Source of the DNA: Gammaproteobacteria bacterium
Lineage (GTDB): Bacteria > Pseudomonadota > Gammaproteobacteria > Steroidobacterales > UBA11654
Assembly: GCA_029242945.1 (NCBI GenBank)
Contig: JAQWSZ010000004.1
Location: 8,671-72,670 of the forward strand
Direction of reading: 5' to 3'
Length of the DNA stretch: 64,000 nucleotides
The position numbers were made by a program, and so were the translations under genes. Shown piece after piece: positions 28,800 to 39,001 of the stretch (positions within the stretch are counted from its first letter, which is position 1; each line of letters starts with the position of its first letter). The notes under the pieces were generated by a model. It was given only the letters and a program-made list of their open reading frames with translations, did not search any database and was not told the DNA's origin.

Positions 28800-29675
28800 T
28801 TAATCTAAATTCTTTGGAGGGGCTAACAGTAATTTGGATGTTCTGTTGATGTAGTTTTTGTATTCTGAATCTGAACCCCATTTTTCCAGTGCGATCCTAT
28901 CTAAGGTTGGGATACCACTAACTTTTGTAAGCAAAAAGTAAACAAAAACAGGTGAAATTAGAGTTGCTAGTTGCCACCCATTAAGAACTGGTAGTGCGAG
29001 AAGAGATAAACCAAACCAAAGTACAATTTCACCAAAATAATTTGGATGTTGAGACCATGACCAAAGACCTGTAGTAATAAAGCGACCTTGATTGTTTGGA
29101 TCTTTTTTAAATTGTGTCTTTTGATTGTCAGCAATGATTTCAATAATAAAACCAAATAACCATAAAGAGATCCCTAGATATCCAAGGATACCCAATTCAA
29201 TAGTCATATTTGAGCTTAATGCCGCAAGACCTGCTGCCATTGTGACTAAAACCCAAAGTCCTCCCAACGTCCAAGTCAGCAGAAACCAAGAGAACTTTGT
29301 TTTCATAACTGTAAAACGACTGTCTTGTCCGACAGTTTTAACACGCCAAAATAAAAATGAGCCTAGTCGAGCTGCCCATAGAATAATCATTGAGCAGATA
29401 ATTAGATCCCTTAAATCCAGAGATGAATTTAGAAGAATCGCCAAAAATACTGTGGCAATGTAGGAAATAGAACCTGTTAAGTCAAAATAATGTTCAGTTT
29501 GAAATATATACGAAGGTATAAAAACTGCCCAATGCAAGACAAAACCAATGATGCCACATATAGCAAATAGCGGCAGACCATGAAAACTTAAACTACCTTG
29601 GCTACCAGCAAACAAAATTAATGCAGCGATGATTAATGAGATTGCAATACCCATAAGACTCTTGGATTGTGTCAT
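28800..29675 (-). CDS. DUF1295 (steroid-5-alpha-reductase / ICMT-like) membrane protein
   Basis: 291 aa, polytopic. GLWSWSQHPNYFGEIVLWFG block. Confidence 0.8.
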   Translation of the reverse strand: MTQSKSLMGIAISLIIAALILFAGSQGSLSFHGLPLFAICGIIGFVLHWAVFIPSYIFQTEHYFDLTGSISYIATVFLAILLNSSLDLRDLIICSMIILWAARLGSFLFWRVKTVGQDSRFTVMKTKFSWFLLTWTLGGLWVLVTMAAGLAALSSNMTIELGILGYLGISLWLFGFIIEIIADNQKTQFKKDPNNQGRFITTGLWSWSQHPNYFGEIVLWFGLSLLALPVLNGWQLATLISPVFVYFLLTKVSGIPTLDRIALEKWGSDSEYKNYINRTSKLLLAPPKNLD

Positions 29676-29689
29676 GTTATTTCCTTTTT

Positions 29690-30295
29690 TTATTTTTTGA
29701 GTCGCTCATACCATTTAGATTTATCCTTGGGGACAAAATGATCAACAATATCTAATGCTTCATCAATAGACTCAGAAAAAATAAGTTCATCAGATGTTGA
29801 TTGAGGTAAAAAACCCTCAGAAACTGCATGTTTAATAAAAGTTTTTAATGGGTCATAGTAGCCATCGATGTTGAGTAAAATTATTGGTTTGGATTGAATA
29901 CCTAATTGATTCCAAGTGAGTGACTCAAAAAATTCTTCCCAAGTTCCAACACCTCCAGTGAGGCAAATTACCGCTTCAGATCTTTTTGCCATTTCGAGTT
30001 TTCGTTCGTGCATTGATTCAACAATAACAAGCTCTGTTAAACCTTTATGACCAACTTCAATATCATGGAGTTGCTCTGTTATCACGCCTGTTATATGTCC
30101 TTTATTTTTTACTGCAGCGTCTGCTAAAACTCCCATCAGGCCATTGCTACCTCCACCAAATACAATACGATATCCCTTTTTAACAATTGAAGTTGCGAGC
30201 GTTTTTGCTGTTTGGCTATATATTTCTCGCTCCCCAAAACTTGAACCTGCAAATATACATATTGTTTTTATCATAAGATGATTAAAGTTGTTCAA
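29690..30295 (-). CDS. LOG-family / TIGR00730 Rossmann-fold nucleotide phosphoribohydrolase
   Basis: 201 aa. VFGGGSNGLMG and LTGGVGTWEEF (PGGxGTxxE) signatures. Confidence 0.85.
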   Translation of the reverse strand: MNNFNHLMIKTICIFAGSSFGEREIYSQTAKTLATSIVKKGYRIVFGGGSNGLMGVLADAAVKNKGHITGVITEQLHDIEVGHKGLTELVIVESMHERKLEMAKRSEAVICLTGGVGTWEEFFESLTWNQLGIQSKPIILLNIDGYYDPLKTFIKHAVSEGFLPQSTSDELIFSESIDEALDIVDHFVPKDKSKWYERLKK

Positions 30296-30296
30296 T

Positions 30297-31745
30297 TTAT
30301 ATTAAGAAATAAGGAACTAAATAAATTCCTGCCAATGAGACAATAATAATAGCTATAAAATTTATAGCTATACCCGCTCTCATCATCTGAGGTACTTTGA
30401 TTAACTCAGATCCAAAAACAATTGCATTAGGTGGGGTGGCAACAGGCAACATGAATGCACAACTTGCCGCTATGGCAATCGATGCAGTGAGCAGTAATGG
30501 ATTGAATCCAAATTGTGTTGCAATGATTGCTACGATGGGTAAAAAAGTTGCTGTAGTTGCTAGATTTGAAGTTAATTCAGTCAAAAAGATAATCAAGGTT
30601 GTAAACAGGAGTACCAGCAAGAAAATACTTAGTCCTGTTGGCATTGAGCCTCCAATCCATGCGGCCAATCCTGAACTTTGTGCAGCAGCAGCTAAGGATA
30701 ATCCACCACCAAATAGTAATAAAACTCCCCAAGGAACACCTGCTTCAGCATCTTTCCACTCGAGTAGATTATTGTCATTAGAACTTCCACTTGGGGTTAA
30801 AAATAAAATTAAACCGCATAACATTGCAATGCCTGGATCGCTAAGCCCTTCAAGACCTGGAATGTTATTGATTGAGGATCTAGAAATCCAGAGTAAGGCA
30901 GTAAAAATAAATATAAAAAACACTCTTTTTTCAGAAGTTGTTATTTTTCCAAGGTTATTTCTCATAGTGATAATCGTTTCTTGGGTTTGTGTAGAGGTTT
31001 CAAAATTAACAGGAAAACTAAATCGAGTAAGACTTAACCAGGTTAGTGGAAGAAGTAACATACTGACCGGTAAACCTACTTTCATCCAATCCAAAAAGGA
31101 GATGGAGACATCGTATTGTTCTTCCATAAAACCATTAAGAGCCATATTGGGTGCAGTTCCTATGAGAGTAGCAATACCCCCTATGTTTGCTGCATAAGCT
31201 ATACCTAATAGTAGAGCTACTTGGAAATTTATTTTATCTGCAGGACTTAATTCGTCCATTGATTCATTGATAACAGTTATAATTGCTAAACCAATAGGTA
31301 GAAGCATAATTGTGGTTGATGTATTCATAATCCACATACTCAGAATACAAGAACTTAACATGAAACCACCAATGATGGATTTACCTCTGGTGCCTGTGAA
31401 TTTAAGAACTGTTAATGCCATTCGTTTATGCAAGTTACATTTTTGTATTGCAATGGATAAGAAAAATCCACCCAGGAATAGAAAAATATTTTTATTAGCA
31501 TAAGGTGCAGCAGTCGCTTCAATGCTAGAAACGCCAAGTAATGGAAAAAATACCAGGGGGATTAATGCAGTTATAGCAATGGGCACTGCTTCTGTTGCCC
31601 ACCAAACAGCCATCCAAACAAATACAGCTGCTGCTTTTTTACCTTCTTCTGGAAGTGATTCAATATCAGGGAGTATGAGAATTATAATTGCTGAAATTAA
31701 TCCAACTAAAAATCCAACTTTTGATTTTTTATTATTTGACATCAA
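30297..31745 (-). CDS. DASS/SLC13-family Na+-coupled di/tricarboxylate or sulfate-type anion transporter
   Basis: 482 aa, polytopic. Repeated hairpin motifs ...TNLATTATFLPI... and ...ATPPNAIVFG... typical of DASS. Confidence 0.85.
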   Translation of the reverse strand: MMSNNKKSKVGFLVGLISAIIILILPDIESLPEEGKKAAAVFVWMAVWWATEAVPIAITALIPLVFFPLLGVSSIEATAAPYANKNIFLFLGGFFLSIAIQKCNLHKRMALTVLKFTGTRGKSIIGGFMLSSCILSMWIMNTSTTIMLLPIGLAIITVINESMDELSPADKINFQVALLLGIAYAANIGGIATLIGTAPNMALNGFMEEQYDVSISFLDWMKVGLPVSMLLLPLTWLSLTRFSFPVNFETSTQTQETIITMRNNLGKITTSEKRVFFIFIFTALLWISRSSINNIPGLEGLSDPGIAMLCGLILFLTPSGSSNDNNLLEWKDAEAGVPWGVLLLFGGGLSLAAAAQSSGLAAWIGGSMPTGLSIFLLVLLFTTLIIFLTELTSNLATTATFLPIVAIIATQFGFNPLLLTASIAIAASCAFMLPVATPPNAIVFGSELIKVPQMMRAGIAINFIAIIIVSLAGIYLVPYFLI

Positions 31746-31787
31746 TACTTATGCTATAAGAAAATTCGTTTTAGGATACTATATCTT

Positions 31788-32639
31788 TTATTTGAATTCT
31801 GATAAGAATTCCATGAATTTTTTTGTCGCTATAGCTAAGGGTTTTTCTTTTAAAAACATTAAATCAATCTTAAATTCAAGTTTGGGTATCAATGGTTTAA
31901 TGATTAATCCACTAAATTGGCTTAAGTTAGCAGTGAATTCATCGAGTATAGTAAAGCCATACCCATTCTTAACCATTGCTCCAGCCATCTGATAATTATC
32001 TGAAGTAATAGTGGATATGATATTGATATTATTTCGTTCAATATATTGATCGAGCTTCTTGCCTAATGGACTTTTAGAGCTGAGTTTTATAAATGGTAAT
32101 GGTTTAGAGTTTTTCACATGATTATTTCTAGATTCAAGCATGACAAATTTACCTTTTTTTAAATGCAATAAACCAATTTCTTCATCTTCTTTTTGGTCTT
32201 GAGCTATAGCTATATCCAAAGAAGTATCTTTAATTTTATTTTTTAGATCAGCGTAATGAAGAGTTGAGATTTCGAAGCTCACATTCGGGTTATTTTGTTT
32301 AAACTCTGCAATAGCTCTAGGTAAAAAATCAATACCTAGTGATGGGGTGCAAGAGACCCTGAGTCTATCAGTAGGAAATTCAGTCAGACTTTCTGATATC
32401 TGATTGATATCTTGTAATACATCTGCCATAACAGCAGTGTGTTTAAAAAGAATATTCGCTTCAGGAGTGGGAACTAATTTCATGCGAATTCTTTCAAATA
32501 GAGGAAACCCAAGTTGTTGCTCTGCATGAGCCAAAACTTTACTCACAGAGGGCTGAGATACATTTAAGAGCTTGGCAGCAGATGTTACTGAACCAGTTTT
32601 ATAGATGCTATTAAAAACTTCAATATGTCTTGTTCTCAT
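31788..32639 (-). CDS. LysR-family transcriptional regulator
   Basis: 283 aa. N-terminal wHTH MRTRHIEVFNSIYKTGSVTSAAKLLNVSQPSVSKVLAHAEQQLGFPLFER. C-terminal substrate-binding fold. Confidence 0.9.
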   Translation of the reverse strand: MRTRHIEVFNSIYKTGSVTSAAKLLNVSQPSVSKVLAHAEQQLGFPLFERIRMKLVPTPEANILFKHTAVMADVLQDINQISESLTEFPTDRLRVSCTPSLGIDFLPRAIAEFKQNNPNVSFEISTLHYADLKNKIKDTSLDIAIAQDQKEDEEIGLLHLKKGKFVMLESRNNHVKNSKPLPFIKLSSKSPLGKKLDQYIERNNINIISTITSDNYQMAGAMVKNGYGFTILDEFTANLSQFSGLIIKPLIPKLEFKIDLMFLKEKPLAIATKKFMEFLSEFK

Positions 32640-32669
32640 TGTATCCCATAGATAGAATTTATATTTAAA

Positions 32670-32686
32670 TATAACATAAAGTTATA
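32670..32686. promoter_or_regulatory. Candidate LysR-type operator (T-N11-A palindrome) in the LysR / TonB-receptor divergent spacer
   Basis: Perfect inverted repeat TATAAC-ATAAA-GTTATA, 31 nt upstream of the LysR start codon. Confidence 0.4.
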
Positions 32687-32776
32687 CCTTATCAATAAAG
32701 AAGAATAGTTTGTGACAACTAGATTTCTGGGTTGTGTGATATATTGAATTATTTATAAAATTACATAGGGGGAAAT

Positions 32777-35700
32777 ATGTATAAATCATATTCAAAAATA
32801 TGGACTATAACAGTATTATTTTTATTCACAGTACAGGGTGTTCTAGCCCAAGAAGATTCATCTCAAGAAGTTGAAGAAATAACTGTCACAGGTACACAAA
32901 TTAAAGGTGCAAAGATTTCTGGAGCTCTTCCTGTTTCTGTTATTAGTATAGAAGATATTGAAGGTTTGGGCGTAGATTCTGGTGAGGAGTTGCTAGAGAA
33001 TATTGCTGAAAATGGAATGAACCTTTTTAATGAAGCTGAGAATGCATCAGGCGGTGTTAATTCAGCTCGTGGTGATATGGGTGCCTATAATTTAAGAAAT
33101 ATGGGTACTGGTAATACATTAACCCTCCTTAATGGAAGAAGGCTAGTCAACTCTCCTGGCTATCAAACTGAATTAATTGGTGGTGACTATGTTCCTGCTA
33201 TGACTGTTAATTCAAATTTAGTGCCTGTTTGGGGCATTGATAGAATGGAAATTCTTCGTGATGGTGCTTCTGCTATTTATGGTGCAGATGCTGTCGCTGG
33301 TGTTGTTAATAATGTACTGCAAAAAGATTATGAAGGATTTCAGTTCAGAACTAAATTTGGATGGTTTGATAATTTTGATGCTGAAGATAAAACATTTACA
33401 GCTAAATTTGGTAAAAACTTTAATGGTGGAGCAACCAATATTAGTATTTTCTTTGATCACTATGATCGAGAACCGATCAGTGCGCAAGAAGATCCAAGAT
33501 GGGGTAATTCTGATCACAGACAATGGACGACATGTGATTTAGCTGATGGTGTTGACCCAGAAGGAAGATGTCTTCCCGCAGGGTCTCCATGGGCAAATTC
33601 AACTAGCTTTAGAAACACAAGTGCTAATAACAACTATGGCCAGTTTGATATGGTTACATCCAGTGAACATGGTAGTAGCAATCCTTATAACCATGTCTTT
33701 ACAGATTCTAACGGCGAGTTTGAAGTATTTCCTTTGGGGGATTCTCGATGTAGTAATAGATCCAGCCAGGGTGGTGAAGTATTTGATACAGGATATGGTA
33801 CATGTATAGCTCAAGATGGTAATGGCACAGAACGATACAATCTTTGGGGATTTACTGATGCAAGATCTGATTTACAAAGAAACAATGTCTTTGTCTATAT
33901 CAATCATGATTTAGGGAATGGAATAGAATCCTTTACAGAAGCAAGTTTTTATACATCCGATTATAAAATTACTAGACATCCTTCGGCTCCTTTCTCATCA
34001 GTAAAGCATAGAGTTGGACCTGATAATTATTGGCTTAATCAAATGAAACTAGCAGATGGGACAGCACATTTTGCTGGAAAACAACTTTACGTAGACAACT
34101 ACCGATTTGCAGAAAAAATGAGAAGGGTTGAAGTTGAGAAAAAAACTTATCGATTATTACAAGGATTTAGAGGTAGTTTTGATGAATGGGATTGGGAAGG
34201 AGCTTTACTTATTTCGAAAGCAACTAGTGATGATATTACAAAAGATAGAATCTCAAATACTCTCTTGAAAGAAGCACTGTGGGACTCAACTGCAGCTGCC
34301 TATAATCCTTTTTCTGCTGGTGTTGACTCAAACATTGAAAGACTTCTTATCGACGTCTATAGAAAAGGTGAAAGTGAACTAAATATGCTTGACTTTAAAG
34401 TAGCTAACAATGAAGTATTTGAAATGCCAGCAGGTCCAATTGGGATGATGTTTGGTTTTGAATACAGGCATGAAACCGTTGTTGATGATCGTGACCCAAG
34501 ATTAGACGGCACAATCAATTATATTGATTATGAGAGTGATACGTATCCAGAAGTTTCGGATGTTGTAAATTCAAGTCCAACCGGCGATGTTTACGGTAAA
34601 CGTGATGTGATGTCTTTGTTTACAGAAGCTCAGATTCCTCTTGCTGAGAATGTGAATGCCCAAGTAGCAATGCGTTATGAAGATTTATCCGATGTGGATA
34701 GAGCACTTGTTGGCAAAATTGCAATAGGTTGGGAAATTACCGATGGTATTTTATTTAGAGCCTCAGCTTCTACAGCTTTTAGAGCACCTAATATTATTCA
34801 GATCAATGAAAAGATTGTTGTTAGATCTGGCACGCGGAATGATTATGCTATGTATCGAGTAGAGCAGTTGAATGGTTTGGATAAAGATGACCTTAATTCA
34901 AGACTCTCTATGCAAAGACAAGCAACAGGAGCCAGCAACCTGGTTTCTGAAGAATCTGATAATACCTCTATTGGTTTTGTTTTCTCTCCTCCACAAGTGG
35001 ATGATTTAACCATCACAGCTGATTATTGGTCTATAGAAAAAGAAAATACCATTGGTCTCTTTGGTAGAGATAATCATACTGTTCAAGACATGGCTCTTCG
35101 TTTTGCTAATGGTACTAATAACTGTGATAGTTTCGTTGGTAATCCAGCCGTTGTAAGAGACGATCCAGATCCTGATGAAGCGGATTATTTTGCAACAGCA
35201 GGAGTCTGTCCTTTTGGAAATGTAAAACACGTTGAGGATAATTATCTGAACTTAGCAACTAGGACGATTGAGGGCTTTGATGTTGGAGTTTATTACAATG
35301 TTGATACAAGTTTTGGTGATATTGGAATTCGCTATATTGGAAGCTTTATAGATACATTTGAACAAGTTCCAGGAGGAGCTTTCCAAGATTTAGCTCAAAA
35401 ACAAGCAGCAGGCGAGATACCAGCTGATATTCCACTCAGTGGTTTTGGTGATTTACTTCTAATGGATGGCAATTATGATAATAAACACTCTATAAGAGTT
35501 TCTTGGAGAAAAGGTCCTTATGGAGCTACATTGACTGCTCTTCGTAAAGGTGAATTTTATCAAAATAGCTTAACTCAAAGTGATGGAACTAGATTTATTA
35601 TTGACTCAATGACAACTATGGATTTGAATCTTAGTTATCGCTTTGATATTTCTGATTATAATTCAAGGCTTACTCTAGCAGTTAAAAACTTAGCTGATGA

Positions 35701-35797
35701 GAGAGCACCATTAGCTGATCGTTATTATGGGTATTTTGCGGATGCTCATCAAGACTTAGGTAGAAATTACTATCTTGATTTTAGAGTCAGCTTCTAA
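32777..35797 (+). CDS. TonB-dependent outer-membrane receptor
   Basis: 1006 aa. Signal peptide, plug region (EEITVTGTQIKG..., ILRDGASAIYGADAVAGVVN), long barrel, C-terminal ...YYLDFRVSF. Confidence 0.9.
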   Translation: MYKSYSKIWTITVLFLFTVQGVLAQEDSSQEVEEITVTGTQIKGAKISGALPVSVISIEDIEGLGVDSGEELLENIAENGMNLFNEAENASGGVNSARGDMGAYNLRNMGTGNTLTLLNGRRLVNSPGYQTELIGGDYVPAMTVNSNLVPVWGIDRMEILRDGASAIYGADAVAGVVNNVLQKDYEGFQFRTKFGWFDNFDAEDKTFTAKFGKNFNGGATNISIFFDHYDREPISAQEDPRWGNSDHRQWTTCDLADGVDPEGRCLPAGSPWANSTSFRNTSANNNYGQFDMVTSSEHGSSNPYNHVFTDSNGEFEVFPLGDSRCSNRSSQGGEVFDTGYGTCIAQDGNGTERYNLWGFTDARSDLQRNNVFVYINHDLGNGIESFTEASFYTSDYKITRHPSAPFSSVKHRVGPDNYWLNQMKLADGTAHFAGKQLYVDNYRFAEKMRRVEVEKKTYRLLQGFRGSFDEWDWEGALLISKATSDDITKDRISNTLLKEALWDSTAAAYNPFSAGVDSNIERLLIDVYRKGESELNMLDFKVANNEVFEMPAGPIGMMFGFEYRHETVVDDRDPRLDGTINYIDYESDTYPEVSDVVNSSPTGDVYGKRDVMSLFTEAQIPLAENVNAQVAMRYEDLSDVDRALVGKIAIGWEITDGILFRASASTAFRAPNIIQINEKIVVRSGTRNDYAMYRVEQLNGLDKDDLNSRLSMQRQATGASNLVSEESDNTSIGFVFSPPQVDDLTITADYWSIEKENTIGLFGRDNHTVQDMALRFANGTNNCDSFVGNPAVVRDDPDPDEADYFATAGVCPFGNVKHVEDNYLNLATRTIEGFDVGVYYNVDTSFGDIGIRYIGSFIDTFEQVPGGAFQDLAQKQAAGEIPADIPLSGFGDLLLMDGNYDNKHSIRVSWRKGPYGATLTALRKGEFYQNSLTQSDGTRFIIDSMTTMDLNLSYRFDISDYNSRLTLAVKNLADERAPLADRYYGYFADAHQDLGRNYYLDFRVSF

Positions 35798-35813
35798 GAA
35801 GTTCATGACAGAT

Positions 35814-35840
35814 AAAAAGGGAGCTACGGCTCCCTTTTTT
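35814..35840 (+). terminator. Rho-independent terminator after the TonB-dependent receptor
   Basis: AAAAA-GGGAGC-TACG-GCTCCC-TTTTTT, 17 nt after the stop. Confidence 0.85.
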
Positions 35841-35934
35841 GTAAAAGTAGCCAATTGATTGTTTATTCAAAGCTAATTATGATTTAGCTGCTTATAAAAG
35901 CTACACTAAATAATAAAATTTTAACTTAAGAGAA

Positions 35935-37647
35935 ATGCTCAAATATCTATTAATCTTTTTTATACCTTTTAATGCTTTTAGCCAACAAAGTTATATAGAT
36001 TATCAGTCTCCCTATCATCCCACTATTAATAGTAGAGGGATGATAGCATCTCAAAATATTGAGTCTTCCAATATAGGATTGGACATACTTAATAAGGGTG
36101 GAAATGCAGTTGATGCCGCTGTCGCTATTGGTTTTTCTTTAAACATTACCCTACCAAGAGCAGGAGCTCTGGGAGGAGGAGGCTTTATGCTTGTCTATAT
36201 TAAAGACAGAGATGAGCTATTTGCTATTGACTATAGGAGTCAATCTTCCTTGAATGCAGATCTTCAAACTATATTCCAAGTTGATTTACCAAATGATTAT
36301 GAAAGTGCAAATTTTAATACAGTTAAATATGGGTATAAGGCGTCAAATATACCAGGAACAGTTTCAGGTTTACTGAAAGCTCACAAAGAGTTTGGCAAAC
36401 TAAGTCTCACGGAGGTTCTAGAGCCTGTTATCAAACAAGCGAGAGAAGGCATTGTGGTTTCTTATGACTTAGAGAAAGCGATTGATAGTACTCCCCAATT
36501 ATTTAATGATCCCGAATCCAAGAGTATATATTTTCTAAATAATGAGCCACTAAAAGAAGGCTCAATTATGAAAAGACCCGATTTAGCTAAAACAATCCAA
36601 TCAATTTCTGATAATGGTTTGGATGGCTTCTATAAAGGTTCAATAGCACAAAAATTTGTCGAGGCAATGAACTCGAATAACGGATTTATAGACGCCAATG
36701 ATATGAAAGCTTATGAAGCCAGATTTACTGATCCAATTGGTATCAACTATAGAGGTAATAAAGTTTTTACGCATGGGCCGCCATCAGGTGGAGGCGTAGT
36801 TTTACTCACAGCATTGAGTTTGTTGGAAGCTTATGATTTAAAAAAGTACAAAAGTAAATCCACTAAAACTTATCACTTATTGGCTGAAGTCTTAAGAAGG
36901 GGTCATAATAATCGATCGCATCAGATTGGAGATCCTTCCTTTTATAATGTTCCTATCAAAAAGATACTTTCAAAACAGAGAATCAAAGAATTATTTAATG
37001 GAATGAGTCTTAATAAAGCCAGCCCAGCATCAAAGGTGAAGCCTCTAAGAGTCATTGAGGAAAGCAAAGATACAACGCATTATTCCATTATCGATGAGGA
37101 TGGCAATGCGGTTTCAAATACCTATACATTAGGTTATTCATTTGGATCGGGAGTGACTATTCCTGGGACTGGAATTTTAATGAATAATCAAATGAATAAT
37201 TTTGCTTATCGTTATGGGGATAAAAAAATTGAGGGAAGAGCAGCCAGTCCAGGAAATCAATTTAAACCCGGTAAAAGGCCTATGAGTACCATGGCCCCAA
37301 CGATGATTTTCGATAAACAAGATCAGTTAACATTAATTACAGGATCGCCAGGTGGTTCATTTATTCCAGATGCTATTCTGAGAATGGTGACTGGAATATT
37401 GGATTTTAACTTGAATATTGGAGAAGCAACAATGCTTCCTAGGTTACATAAGGATTGGCCTTATTCTGAATTAGAATATGAGTCGACTATTAGCTCAGAT
37501 ATTCTTAAAAATCTTAAAAAAATGGGTCATGATATTAAAGCTTCAAAAACAATGGGTAGCACACAAAGTATTCATATAAGAAATAATATAAACTATGGAT
37601 TCTCTGATCTTAGAAGACCCAATGCAGGCGTGACTAAGCAACAATGA
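35935..37647 (+). CDS. ggt: Gamma-glutamyltransferase (periplasmic)
   Basis: 570 aa. Signal peptide. Autoprocessing/nucleophile block DTTHYSIIDEDGNAVS, GSPGGS and MSTMAPTM blocks. Confidence 0.95.
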   Translation: MLKYLLIFFIPFNAFSQQSYIDYQSPYHPTINSRGMIASQNIESSNIGLDILNKGGNAVDAAVAIGFSLNITLPRAGALGGGGFMLVYIKDRDELFAIDYRSQSSLNADLQTIFQVDLPNDYESANFNTVKYGYKASNIPGTVSGLLKAHKEFGKLSLTEVLEPVIKQAREGIVVSYDLEKAIDSTPQLFNDPESKSIYFLNNEPLKEGSIMKRPDLAKTIQSISDNGLDGFYKGSIAQKFVEAMNSNNGFIDANDMKAYEARFTDPIGINYRGNKVFTHGPPSGGGVVLLTALSLLEAYDLKKYKSKSTKTYHLLAEVLRRGHNNRSHQIGDPSFYNVPIKKILSKQRIKELFNGMSLNKASPASKVKPLRVIEESKDTTHYSIIDEDGNAVSNTYTLGYSFGSGVTIPGTGILMNNQMNNFAYRYGDKKIEGRAASPGNQFKPGKRPMSTMAPTMIFDKQDQLTLITGSPGGSFIPDAILRMVTGILDFNLNIGEATMLPRLHKDWPYSELEYESTISSDILKNLKKMGHDIKASKTMGSTQSIHIRNNINYGFSDLRRPNAGVTKQQ

Positions 37648-37675
37648 GTAGTTCAATAAATTAAGTGGTAAAAAT

Positions 37676-38983
37676 ATGATACAAATGAAAGTAATCTACT
37701 GGCTAATTTTAATATCTACTTTCATAGGTATTTACTATCTAGGTGCAAAAACAAACTTAAAACTCTGGGGCAGAGTTATTATTGCACTAGTTTTGGGCAT
37801 CATTATCGGATTTATATTTGGCGATCTTGCTGAAACTTCAAAATGGATAGGTGATGTGTTTGTAAGACTCATCAGAATGTTAGTAGTACCATTAATATTC
37901 ACTTCTTTAGTTTCAGGAGTAGTGGCAATGGGTGATCCTAAAAAATTAGGATCCATTGGAATTAAATCAATCAGTCTTTATTTAGTGACTACCTTATTTG
38001 CTATTATTATTGGCTTAATACTTGGAACAATGTTTAAGCCTGGAGACGGCATAGATCTGAGTGGTGTGGATCCGTTTACATCGGGCGTTGCTTCAATGAG
38101 TGTTGCTGAAAGATTGTTTGGCATTATACCGATGAACCCTTTTGCATCTTTGGCTAATGGAGAAGTTTTGCCAATTATCTTCTTCTCAATTCTTCTTGGA
38201 ATTGGAATTATTATGGGCGGTGAGAAAACTAAACCAATAGGTAATTTTTTCTCAGCAGCAGCAGAAGCGGTCTTGAAGGTTGCTCATATGGTTATGCAAG
38301 TGGCTCCCTATGGCGTTTTATCTTTGGTTGCATGGGTTTCAGGAACCATGGGCTTAGCAGCGTTACAGAATTTACTCGTTCTTACACTGATTCTCTATTT
38401 TGGTTGTTTGTTTCATATGGTTTTTGTCTATGGCAGTTTGATTAGAATCTTTGCCAAGCTGCCATTAAAGAATTTCTTTAGAGGGATACTCGATGCACAA
38501 GCCGTCGCTTATTCAACGTCCTCTAGTTCAGCAACTTTGCCGGTGACATTGCAATGCGTGCAAGAGAATCTGGGTGTGAAGAAAACTGTTGCTTCATCTG
38601 TTTTGCCATTGGGTGCAACAATTAATATGGATGGAACAGCTCTTTATTTAGGTATAGTTGCATTATTCGCAGCACAAATATTTGGAATTGATTTAACTTT
38701 TACAGACTACTTGCTCATTGCTATGACAGCTACATTAACTTCAATTGGTACCGCAGGAATCCCTTCAGCCTCATTATTTCTTTTGGCTACAGTTTTATCT
38801 GTTATTGGTGTTAGTGATAATCAAACGGCTTTAATTGTAGGCTTTGTTTTGCCCTTTGATAGAATTTTAGACATGGCAAGAACTGCTGTTAATATCACAG
38901 GAGATGCAACTGTCTCAGTTCTTGTAGCTAAGTCTGAGAATGAAATAGATGAAGATGTTTTTCGTAAAAATGCTGTAATATAA
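37676..38983 (+). CDS. Dicarboxylate/amino-acid:cation symporter (DAACS; GltP/GltT-like)
   Basis: 435 aa. AYSTSSSSATLP, INMDGTALY and DRILDMARTAVNITGD blocks. Confidence 0.9.
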   Translation: MIQMKVIYWLILISTFIGIYYLGAKTNLKLWGRVIIALVLGIIIGFIFGDLAETSKWIGDVFVRLIRMLVVPLIFTSLVSGVVAMGDPKKLGSIGIKSISLYLVTTLFAIIIGLILGTMFKPGDGIDLSGVDPFTSGVASMSVAERLFGIIPMNPFASLANGEVLPIIFFSILLGIGIIMGGEKTKPIGNFFSAAAEAVLKVAHMVMQVAPYGVLSLVAWVSGTMGLAALQNLLVLTLILYFGCLFHMVFVYGSLIRIFAKLPLKNFFRGILDAQAVAYSTSSSSATLPVTLQCVQENLGVKKTVASSVLPLGATINMDGTALYLGIVALFAAQIFGIDLTFTDYLLIAMTATLTSIGTAGIPSASLFLLATVLSVIGVSDNQTALIVGFVLPFDRILDMARTAVNITGDATVSVLVAKSENEIDEDVFRKNAVI

Positions 38984-39001
38984 AAATCTTAAATTTCATA
39001 T

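Noticed and set aside
30397-31992. Long plus-strand ORFs (266 aa at 30397-31197, 78 aa at 31267-31503, 156 aa at 31522-31992) antisense to the DASS transporter and LysR genes
   Set aside because: Their products are low-complexity and Pro/Ala/Ser/Asn-rich with no motifs. The minus-strand frame gives a full-length, motif-bearing DASS transporter. These are shadow ORFs of a relatively GC-richer membrane-protein gene.
33218-33814. Cluster of ~70-100-aa ORFs on both strands inside the TonB-dependent receptor gene
   Set aside because: They lie entirely within a 1006-aa ORF with clear TBDR plug and barrel features. They have no SD sequences or motifs and are shadow ORFs.
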